In this document: positions 27,279 through 34,871 of the stretch, piece after piece
Position numbering within the stretch: the stretch's first letter is position 1
Layout: each line of letters opens with the position of its first letter
Virus record (IMG/VR): IMGVR_UViG_2541047758_000018
DNA from: a virus
Taxonomy: Duplodnaviria > Heunggongvirae > Uroviricota > Caudoviricetes
Reading direction: 5' to 3' (one strand)
DNA length: 34,871 nt
The notes under the pieces: model-generated
What the model saw: only the letters and a program-made list of their open reading frames with translations
What the model was told of the DNA's origin: nothing
The model's database searches: none
Made by a program: the position numbers and the translations under genes

Positions 27279-28219
27279 AAAGACATAATCAAATCAGTCA
27301 GCTGGTTAGTAATTTGCAAAATTTTAGCCGCAATGAACACAACCTAAATGGTCTAAGTTCTCCTGCCTGCTTTGATGTTTTAGCCTGTCAGATTATCGAC
27401 AGTATACGTCGTATACGCTATGTGGAAACTCTTGCATTACGGACCGATTATATGACTCCGTTACGAAAAGAGCCGAATTCTGATGTTTTTGATCCTCTCC
27501 GCGCTGCCTGCCTTTATCTTCGTGACAACAATTACGATGAAGCCTGCTGGCTGGTTTTCCTTGCCACACATTTCGGCAAGAGTAACAAAACCGGCTGGAT
27601 TTTGTGTCGAGATATATACAGTGGACTCGGTACACAAACGTGGACATGGGATACGATAACTGATGACTTTGCTGCTTTTGAACAATGGTTCGCCAGCGTC
27701 TCTGATGAGTTGACAGCTAACAGTAGCCTAAGACAATATGGTAACCATCGGAAATATGAAACGAAGAAATATCACTCTCGTCGTTCAATACCTGCGGTTT
27801 TTCGCTCTTACATCGGATTCATTGGTGCTACACACAGTCATGAGGCTAGGTTTGCAGAGGCCAAGAGCTTTTCATCTTCACCAGAATCTTTATTCGAACT
27901 ATTGTATTCAGGGCTAAATGCCGTGATCTCATTTGGACGAACCGCAAAATTTGATTACCTAACTATGCTCAAGAAAACGGGACTTCTGGATGTAGAGCCG
28001 GGTCATGCTTTTCTGAATGGAGCAACCGGGCCCCTTCAAGGAAGCCGGCTACTTTTCAGCAATAGCCGGACTGCTGGTGACACAATAGACGTATTGAATG
28101 AAAAACTAGCTGACCTTGCGGCAATTATTCCTGCACCCTACTTGAGAATGCAGGTTATTGAAGATGCGTTGTGCAACTGGCAGAAATCACCTGACCGTTA
28201 TGTCTATTTCGGCGGCTGA
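27275..28219 (+). CDS. Hypothetical protein (314 aa), translationally coupled partner of the ThyA-like enzyme; function unknown
   Basis: ATG overlaps the ThyA-like stop (ATGA at 27275-27278); no motif I can assign with confidence. Confidence 0.6.
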   Translation: MKRHNQISQLVSNLQNFSRNEHNLNGLSSPACFDVLACQIIDSIRRIRYVETLALRTDYMTPLRKEPNSDVFDPLRAACLYLRDNNYDEACWLVFLATHFGKSNKTGWILCRDIYSGLGTQTWTWDTITDDFAAFEQWFASVSDELTANSSLRQYGNHRKYETKKYHSRRSIPAVFRSYIGFIGATHSHEARFAEAKSFSSSPESLFELLYSGLNAVISFGRTAKFDYLTMLKKTGLLDVEPGHAFLNGATGPLQGSRLLFSNSRTAGDTIDVLNEKLADLAAIIPAPYLRMQVIEDALCNWQKSPDRYVYFGG

Positions 28220-28221
28220 TA

Positions 28222-29304
28222 TCAGACGATATCTTCTTTACGGAATCTCACTTTAAACCGATTAAGGTGAGAAAAAGGTATATTACCTTCATGCTGCAAA
28301 TATCCCAGTACGATCCCTTTGGATACCCCCATTTTCCTAGCTAACCGGATGATCTCTTTCCAATGCCGGACACCATAGCGACTAAGTTGCTGCCGGTATT
28401 CTTCTGGGATAAGAACATCAACGGCAAATTTATCTGCTTCCTTTTCCTCTTCCGACGAAAGACTATCTTTACCTTCTACGCGAACTCGGACAGCTTCATG
28501 CAAGATGAGATGCCCAATCTCATGAAACAGCGTAAACCAAAAATGGTCATCGGTCAGATAACGGAAACTCATGACTAGGGTTGCGCGATCTGGTGTAAAA
28601 AAGCAGGTAGCACCACTTGCCCGACATCCCTTTGGCGTTGGCAACACAACGAGAGAAACTCCAGCAGTGGCGAGAAGGTCGCGAATGTAAGGGATAAAAA
28701 TCCTCATGTCGGGTTCATTTGTAGCTTTGCGCAGTTCTGGCAACAATGCTATCAGCACCTCTTTATCCCATACAGCACAGTTTTGGTTTGAGGTAAGTTG
28801 TGCAGCCCTAGTCAGCCACACCAAATCGGCCATAGGCTCGGTTGCCAGATTAAGAGATTTACGAAAAGCGACCAAAGGAGCATCTGACTGAATTTTATAA
28901 AAAAAATCATTGACGGAATTTATTCCGAAAAACGATAGGCAGTGCTGGAATTTACTTTCCCGAGTTGTAGTTTTGGGGATCCAACCAAACTCCATCATAT
29001 CACGTACAGGCAATGATTCGAGCCAATCATTATTCACTTTCTCGAGGTATCCAATTTGCTGGCGATAAGCGACTTCGCGCTTGATCCAGAAGTCTGTCGA
29101 TACGTTGAATAACTCCTCAAGCTTACAAGCCAGAGACTCATTGAGTCGGATTTTTCCTTCAAGAAGTTGCTGACCCCGGATAAGAGACAATCCAATCCTC
29201 TTACTCAGTTCTTCACCAGAAAGCCCATGTTCATCCATTAGATCTATAATTGTATCACCGGGTGGAGATACCCAGTCAGGCTGGAAGTCCTGCGTAACTA
29301 TCAT
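28222..29304 (-). CDS. HTH (XRE-type) + ImmA/IrrE-family zinc metallopeptidase fusion protein (360 aa)
   Basis: N-terminal HTH GDTIIDLMDEHGLSGEELSKRIGLS; C-terminal HExxH motif FHEIGHLILHE with downstream EKEAD, typical of the ImmA/IrrE (COG2856) peptidase domain. Confidence 0.75.
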   Translation of the reverse strand: MIVTQDFQPDWVSPPGDTIIDLMDEHGLSGEELSKRIGLSLIRGQQLLEGKIRLNESLACKLEELFNVSTDFWIKREVAYRQQIGYLEKVNNDWLESLPVRDMMEFGWIPKTTTRESKFQHCLSFFGINSVNDFFYKIQSDAPLVAFRKSLNLATEPMADLVWLTRAAQLTSNQNCAVWDKEVLIALLPELRKATNEPDMRIFIPYIRDLLATAGVSLVVLPTPKGCRASGATCFFTPDRATLVMSFRYLTDDHFWFTLFHEIGHLILHEAVRVRVEGKDSLSSEEEKEADKFAVDVLIPEEYRQQLSRYGVRHWKEIIRLARKMGVSKGIVLGYLQHEGNIPFSHLNRFKVRFRKEDIV

Positions 29305-29627
29305 TTCACGTCACCTATGAACACTAACCGTATCCGGCTAACTCGGGACCAGTTAATTGTATTATCTTGATTTTTGGGCTGAACTGTATTCCCACAGACA
29401 AATCCCATTTTTACATCACCGAGAATGGTAATTGTAATACACTCTTCCCCATCCTCAAAGCAGACCTCCGGCGAACCTACGGGCAACAGTAATATGTTGT
29501 CTGTCACGGAAAGATCGGAAAGTCGCGAGCGTAGTCTTGATGCCACTTTGTCACCAAAGATCTCATTTGCCTCATGCATACTCTCGCAAATAGTCCTTAA
29601 CTTCTTGCTTTGAAAGGTAATGAACAA
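29301..29627 (-). CDS. Small protein (108 aa) overlapping the start of the HTH-peptidase gene; possible toxin-like partner (RelE/HigB-like?), unverified
   Basis: 4-nt overlap with the downstream HTH-peptidase gene implies co-translation; weak resemblance to killer-protein N-termini (MFITFQSKKLRTI...); family call is a guess. Confidence 0.35.
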   Translation of the reverse strand: MFITFQSKKLRTICESMHEANEIFGDKVASRLRSRLSDLSVTDNILLLPVGSPEVCFEDGEECITITILGDVKMGFVCGNTVQPKNQDNTINWSRVSRIRLVFIGDVK

Positions 29628-29728
29628 AATTATCCACTTTTATTTTTCTTGGTTGCTACGTTTATAGCAAACTCAACGCTCATTCACAAAATGAGATGTA
29701 GCGAATTAATGGACTCTGCACATATTAA

Positions 29729-30034
29729 ATGTTAATGATGGACTTAAAATCACGGATTCGTAAGGGAAACATGAAAGGTAAACATCAAGACACTAAAGCC
29801 CTGTCTGACGTGCTAGCGGAAATGCAACGGCAGGATGCCAAATGGGGGGCAGACCGTAATCAAGATCCTTTTATCTGGGGAGCGATTCTCGGAGAAGAGG
29901 TGGGAGAATTTCATCAGGCTGTCCTCCATGATCGTTTTGGTGGTAAAGCAGCCGGTACCAGTAGGGAGGAAGCAGTACAAATTGCTGCTGTTGCACTGCA
30001 AATCATCGAATATTATGATCGCGTAATAGATTGA
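29729..30034 (+). CDS. Small all-alpha protein, possibly MazG-like nucleotide pyrophosphohydrolase (101 aa; true start may be internal at 29771)
   Basis: ILGEEVGEFHQAV (E-E-x-x-E motif) and REEAVQIAAVALQIIEY resemble the MazG/NTP-PPase metal-binding helices. Confidence 0.35.
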   Translation: MLMMDLKSRIRKGNMKGKHQDTKALSDVLAEMQRQDAKWGADRNQDPFIWGAILGEEVGEFHQAVLHDRFGGKAAGTSREEAVQIAAVALQIIEYYDRVID

Positions 30035-30336
30035 TAAATTAGAATTAATCAACTAAGAGTCTTTTACACGCGAAGATGAACTCTGGCAGCCATCTACCTT
30101 CGTGGGCCTGTAGAACACATCTAATTGCAATACTCCCAGTTAATCACTAACCAGCCTCTCCAGTAAGGCTGGTCGATTAGGTTTAATTAAACAGATATAA
30201 CAAGCAATTCACTTGGTATTACGCGGTTCACACAGACTTCTTTAGTTGTGTCATATCCTATAACTTTCAGAGGCTTATTTACGGTATTATCACGAACGGT
30301 GCAAAAGTGGCTCTTCCGCAACCTAGGTGGAGATTT

Positions 30337-30957
30337 TCATGCCAGTGGACTCATTACCCTCTGCCTAAGTAGTTCAAATCCGGCTCGACCATACATCAGA
30401 CGTTTCAGCATCTTCAGGCGATTTACATGACCTTCGACAACACCGTTACTCCAGCGGCTGCTGGTTGCCTCACATATAGCCGCGGCATCAGCTTCCATCC
30501 CCGCAGCCACGCGCCGAAGTTCTGCTGAACCGTTTTCGTGGACTCGAGTGAACCAACTGCTTAGATTTGATTTATTTGGGGTTTTCAGAATACGGTAGAA
30601 CTCAAGTACTAGTTGCTGCGCTATTTTCAGCGCCGGTTCTTTTTCACACATCAGACTAATAAATCGGGAAGCATAATTTTCTTCACCCCTGATTATTATC
30701 CAGGGCATCAACCAGCGGCTTACCCGGGACACTGAAGGAAGTCTGGCGGCAGTAGTAACTGGTGGGTTCCAGCCTTTACGCCATTTGGCAACAGCATCCC
30801 TGACGATGGTTTCACTGCCTGTAACCCCCGGCCACCATTTCCCGCCATATCCAGTCGCTGGTGTGCTGAATTGGTCATGTATGAAGGAAGATATCAATGG
30901 TGGTATCTCCCTTTCAAAAGGAAGTGAAAAGCTTGATGCCTGCTGCCAGGCAATCAA
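30337..30957 (-). pseudogene. ISL3-family transposase remnant (C-terminal part intact in frame, N-terminal part decayed)
   Basis: C-terminus WSNGVVEGHVNRLKMLKRLMYGRAGFELLRQRV fits the ISL3 C-terminal pattern SNG..EG.N.[KR].K.LKR..YG...F; the upstream two thirds of the ORF are not transposase-like, and short broken ORFs (30977-31174, 31265-31474) follow on the same strand. Confidence 0.55.
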
Positions 30958-31454
30958 TATTACGTGCTTTTAACGACTATCCTAAATGGTGGTAGCTATG
31001 CAGAGCTCCCGGTCCTAGCGCTGGGAGCTTATCGCTTATCTTTACCGTAAGCGTAAACGGACCGCCGTATGTAGCCATTAAACCAGTATTGGTAACGTAG
31101 ATACCCACCTTTTCAAAAGGGAAGTGGATAAAAGATAGCGAAAATGCGAAGAGTTGATTAATGCATTGAAACAAAATTCATTAATGATGAACTTGGAGAA
31201 AAGCTCCATCGTTTTATTGGCTCAAAAAACATATCCCATAGATGATCAGCCATACCTTCATTGGTTAGCAAGGTATCCTGTGAGTAGCCATGGCTGAAGA
31301 TGCCCATTGATGGGCGAAAACCAAGGATCTGACCGTTAGAGCAGTTATGTCGTTAAACACATCACCACCATATGCCATCCGGCTCACTTCGTCGGCCAAA
31401 TTAGTGTGATATTCTTTCCAGAAATGCTGTTGTATCCACGACATAAGGCGATGA

Positions 31455-34400
31455 TTGATGGAGCAGTCTCTCAATTTTGAAATGTTGCGCAGCCAGTGGC
31501 CGGAACTGGCTGAACTCGCGTGTATGGCGGAACGCTATGTTCACTCCGATCCGGAAAGTTGTCTGGTCAAGCTGCGCAACTACACTGAATTGATGGTGCG
31601 CTGGTTGTATCGTCAGGAGCGGTTGCCGGAAGGTATTAAGGCTAATCTTTACGATTTAATGAATGCTGATGTCTTTACCAGCATGATGCCGGAAGCCATC
31701 ATCATGAAAATGGATGCGCTGCGTATCCATGGCAACCGTGCCGCGCACGGCGGACGTATCAAAGCTAAAGATACTTACTGGCTGCTCAAAGAAGCGTATT
31801 TGTTGGGAATTTGGCTGTATGTTCGCTACGCCCACGGTAATGTTGATGACTGCCCCAAATTTACACTCCCTCCATTAACACAATCTTCAGGTCGTGCAGA
31901 TGAAAAACGTCTGGAAGATGCAATCAGGGCTCAGGATGAAAGCCGTGAGCGCGAACTGGCGCTGCAACGCGCACTACAGCAAGAACAGGAAAAGGCCGAA
32001 CACCTCACTCAACGCCTGAATGAAGCCAGAGCGCGTAACCAGCATGTTGCCGATATTCTCTCTATTGATGAAGCGGAAACCCGCCGTCGCCTGATTGACT
32101 CTCGCCTGCTTGCTGCTGACTGGAATGTAGGCGAAGGCCTTAAAAATACCGATCAGGTTACGCAGGAACATCCCGTTAAAGAACAACCTACCGCGACCGG
32201 AGACGGTTATGCGGACTATGTCTTGTGGGATGAGGCACACAAACCGCTGGCGGTGGTGGAAGCAAAAAAAACCAGCGTCAATGCCGAGCAAGGACGAATT
32301 CAGGCCCGGCTGTATGCAGACTGGCTGGAAAAAGAATACGGCCAGCGTCCGATCATCTTCTACACCAACGGCTATGATATCTGGCTGTGGGATGACCATA
32401 AAACTCATGGTTATCCCCCGCGTCGGGTGTTTGGCTTCTACAGCAAGGAAAGCCTGCAATATCTTATTCAACAGCGTGAAACCCGTCTTCCGCTGAACAG
32501 TGTGCCGCACGTAAAAGATAACGAAGGTAAGGCCGTTGCCGGACGTTTGTACCAGCTTGAAACCATTGCCCGTGTCAGCGAGCGGTTTACCAACAAATAC
32601 CGGCAATCGCTAATTGTTCAGGCTACGGGTACAGGCAAAACCCGCGTGGCAATAGCGCTAAGCAAACTGATGATTGATGCCCGCTGGGTAAAACGCGTCC
32701 TGTTTCTTTGCGACCGCAAGGAACTACGTAAACAGGCGGCGAATGCCTTTAATCAATTCACCAATGAGCCGCTGTATGTGGTCGGGAAATCGAAAAAAGC
32801 AGACAGGCAGAATGCTAGGATCTACATCGCCACCTATCCTGGTATGATGAAAATCATGGACCATTTCGATGTTGGTTATTTCGATTTGATCATCGCCGAT
32901 GAATCCCATCGCTCTATCTACAACGTTTACGGCGATCTGTTTAAGTATTTTGATGCCCTCCAGATTGGCCTGACGGCCACGCCGATTGACATGGTGAGTA
33001 AAACCACTTTCGGCCTGTTTGGTTGTGAAGGACGTATTCCTACCGCCAACTACAGCCTGGAAGATGCCATCGCCGATAACAATCTGGTTCCCTATGAGGT
33101 TGTCACGCACACCACAGAATTCCTGCGCGAAGGCATCAAACGGGAGAAATTAAGCGACGCACAAATCCGCGAGCTGGAAGAACAAGGCATAGATCCCAAT
33201 ACGCTGGAGTTTGATGGCAAGGCGCTGGATGAGGCGATCTACAACAAAGACACCAACCGCTATATCCTGCGTAACCTGATGGAAAATGGCCTGAAAGATC
33301 GGGACGGCCAGTTGCCAGGTAAAACCATCATTTTCGCCCGTAACCACAAACACGCGCTGCTGTTGAATGAATTATTCGACGATATGTACCCGCAGTTTGC
33401 CGGGCGCTTCTGCCAGGTCATCGACAATTACGATCCCCGCGCCGAGCAACTGATTGATGATTTTAAAGGGCTGGATGAAAGCACCAACAAAGAGCTGACC
33501 ATCGCTATCTCCGTTGACATGCTCGATACCGGTATTGATGTCCCGGAAATTGTGAATCTGGTCTTTGCCAAACCGGTCAAATCAAAAGTGAAGTTCTGGC
33601 AGATGATTGGCCGTGGTACGCGCCTCTGTCCGGGGTTGTACGGTTACGACGATAACGGCAAACCTCTGGATAAACAGAAATTCCGCATTTTCGATCACTG
33701 GGGCAATTTTGAGTATCACGAACTGCATACCGAAGAGGCCGAAGTCACAGCGACAAAATCGCTTGCACAAAAACGCTTCGAAGCGTGGGTTATGCTGGGG
33801 GCCGCTGCGCAACGTAAATTCGACAAACAGGCGGTGGATTTAGTTGCTCACCAGCTACGCGAGCAAATCAATGCACTGGATGAAAAGTCGATTGCCGTCC
33901 AGGAAAAGTGGCATCAAAAAGCGCAGTACAGCGATGAAAAAGTGCTGCGCCAGCTTTCCCCGAAAACACAGCAGGATTTGCTATCTGTCCTGGCCCCGCT
34001 GATGCAGTGGCTGGACGTGCGCGGGCAAAGCGACGCTATGCGCTTTGATATGGATATTCTGGCGGCGCAAACTGCCCGTTATACCAACCCGGAAGAGCTG
34101 GATGTGCTCTGGCCGGTCATCGTCGAAAAAGTGGAGCGCCTGCCGCCGCATTTGGCGCAAGTCCAACAGCAAGGACCGCGGATCAATCAGCTTCGTGATT
34201 TAGGCTGGTGGAAGCAGGCCAGCCTGGAAGAGCTGGAAGATATCCGCATTCATCTGCGCGGCATCATGCACCTGATGGAAAAAGACGCGACGCCGAAATT
34301 TGGTTCGATACAGGTGGATATTACCGAAGATGCGAACCTGATTCAGACGGAAAACCGTAAAACCAACATCCGCTCGATTGACTTCAAACTCTATCGCCAG

Positions 34401-34871
34401 CAGGTGCAGGGAGCGCTGGAGCCGCTGTTCCAGCAAAATCCGGTGCTGAAGAAAATCCGCAACGGCGAGCCTGTGACGCAAAGCGAGCTGGATGAACTGG
34501 CTAAACTGGTGCTGATCCAGAACCCTAACGTTGATATCCGGGCACTGAAAGAGTTCTACCCGCAGGCGACCGCCAGCCTGGATAAACTATTGCGTACCAT
34601 CATCGGGATGGACAGCGACGCGGTGGAAGTGCGCTTTGCTCAGTTCGCCGCTGATAACAGCCTGACCAGCCAGCAATTGCGCTTCCTGTCATTGCTGAAA
34701 AACCACATTCGCGATTACGGCACCATTGAAATGCGGCAGCTCTTTGAACAGCCTTTTACGCATATCCACAACGAAGGCGTTACCGGTGTGTTCCCTGATA
34801 TAGAACAGATCGCCCGCCTACAAAAGATAGTCGAAGAGCTGGGTGTTGTGACCGACGCAGCAACGGTATAA
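31455..34871 (+). CDS. hsdR: Type I restriction-modification system restriction (R) subunit, HsdR (1138 aa)
   Basis: Aligns to EcoKI HsdR from memory: N-terminal domain MMEQSLNFEMLRSQ (MMNKSNFEFLKG), nuclease motif YADYVLWDEAHKPLAVVEAKK (FADYVLFVGLKPIAVVEAKR), helicase motif I VQATGTGKTRVAIAL, motif II IIADESHRS, later TATP and MIGRGTRL. Ends at the last base of the window, so hsdM/hsdS are expected downstream. Confidence 0.9.
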   Translation: MMEQSLNFEMLRSQWPELAELACMAERYVHSDPESCLVKLRNYTELMVRWLYRQERLPEGIKANLYDLMNADVFTSMMPEAIIMKMDALRIHGNRAAHGGRIKAKDTYWLLKEAYLLGIWLYVRYAHGNVDDCPKFTLPPLTQSSGRADEKRLEDAIRAQDESRERELALQRALQQEQEKAEHLTQRLNEARARNQHVADILSIDEAETRRRLIDSRLLAADWNVGEGLKNTDQVTQEHPVKEQPTATGDGYADYVLWDEAHKPLAVVEAKKTSVNAEQGRIQARLYADWLEKEYGQRPIIFYTNGYDIWLWDDHKTHGYPPRRVFGFYSKESLQYLIQQRETRLPLNSVPHVKDNEGKAVAGRLYQLETIARVSERFTNKYRQSLIVQATGTGKTRVAIALSKLMIDARWVKRVLFLCDRKELRKQAANAFNQFTNEPLYVVGKSKKADRQNARIYIATYPGMMKIMDHFDVGYFDLIIADESHRSIYNVYGDLFKYFDALQIGLTATPIDMVSKTTFGLFGCEGRIPTANYSLEDAIADNNLVPYEVVTHTTEFLREGIKREKLSDAQIRELEEQGIDPNTLEFDGKALDEAIYNKDTNRYILRNLMENGLKDRDGQLPGKTIIFARNHKHALLLNELFDDMYPQFAGRFCQVIDNYDPRAEQLIDDFKGLDESTNKELTIAISVDMLDTGIDVPEIVNLVFAKPVKSKVKFWQMIGRGTRLCPGLYGYDDNGKPLDKQKFRIFDHWGNFEYHELHTEEAEVTATKSLAQKRFEAWVMLGAAAQRKFDKQAVDLVAHQLREQINALDEKSIAVQEKWHQKAQYSDEKVLRQLSPKTQQDLLSVLAPLMQWLDVRGQSDAMRFDMDILAAQTARYTNPEELDVLWPVIVEKVERLPPHLAQVQQQGPRINQLRDLGWWKQASLEELEDIRIHLRGIMHLMEKDATPKFGSIQVDITEDANLIQTENRKTNIRSIDFKLYRQQVQGALEPLFQQNPVLKKIRNGEPVTQSELDELAKLVLIQNPNVDIRALKEFYPQATASLDKLLRTIIGMDSDAVEVRFAQFAADNSLTSQQLRFLSLLKNHIRDYGTIEMRQLFEQPFTHIHNEGVTGVFPDIEQIARLQKIVEELGVVTDAATV

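Noticed and set aside
30360-30395. tRNA-like T-loop motif (agttcaaatcc) that could mark a tRNA or att fragment
   Set aside because: Flanking bases do not form T-stem or acceptor-stem pairings and there is no CCA-proximal acceptor sequence; it lies inside the ISL3-transposase remnant's coding frame. Not a tRNA.
30895-31140. Pair of similar 25-30-bp segments (tccctttcaaaaggaagtgaaaag / ccaccttttcaaaagggaagtggataaaag) that might be IS terminal repeats
   Set aside because: They are direct rather than inverted and imperfect, and lie inside the decayed transposase region; more likely an internal duplication or decay product. I could not define ISL3 ends with confidence.
31974-33353. Minus-strand ORFs (210, 128, 67 aa) inside hsdR, and similar antisense ORFs inside the primase (7325-9479), SLT gene (13290-15035), dGTPase (24160-24803) and IS3 (24967-25242, 25702-25977)
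   Set aside because: All are embedded antisense in long, motif-supported genes and lack independent support; treated as non-coding shadow ORFs.

Overview
This window reads as a composite, horizontally acquired island of enterobacterial (Escherichia/Shigella-like) type, built from four modules joined by insertion sequences. All calls are by eye from the sequence and ORF track; no database search was run. (1) 1-15414: a P4/PICI-like satellite-type element: P4-type tyrosine integrase, an AT-rich cargo gene, an AlpA-family regulator, an antirepressor-like gene, a string of small overlapping early genes, a P4 alpha-like primase-helicase, an iteron-type putative origin, and an operon of podovirus ejection-protein-like genes whose last member (N-terminal lytic transglycosylase domain) is cut by an IS911-like element. 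(2) 16665-21200: a CP4-type cryptic-prophage remnant: a 1.37-kb ORF-free repeat-rich region, two YagK/YfjJ-like paralogs, an AlpA-like gene and a ProQ/FinO-domain gene. (3) 21200-24948: an H-NS-family paralog, a small membrane protein and a short-form dGTPase, bounded by IS3. (4) 26207-34871: a thymidylate-synthase-fold enzyme with a dCMP-hydroxymethylase-like active site, translationally coupled to an unknown 314-aa partner; a convergent small-ORF plus HTH-ImmA/IrrE peptidase cassette; a MazG-like small protein; a decayed ISL3-family transposase; and a type I restriction R subunit (hsdR) ending at the window edge. The best candidate for an undescribed system is the ThyA-like/partner pair at 26298-28219, with the integrase-adjacent cargo gene (1356-2321) and the dGTPase/membrane-protein pair as secondary candidates. 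No rRNA, tRNA or CRISPR array was recognised.
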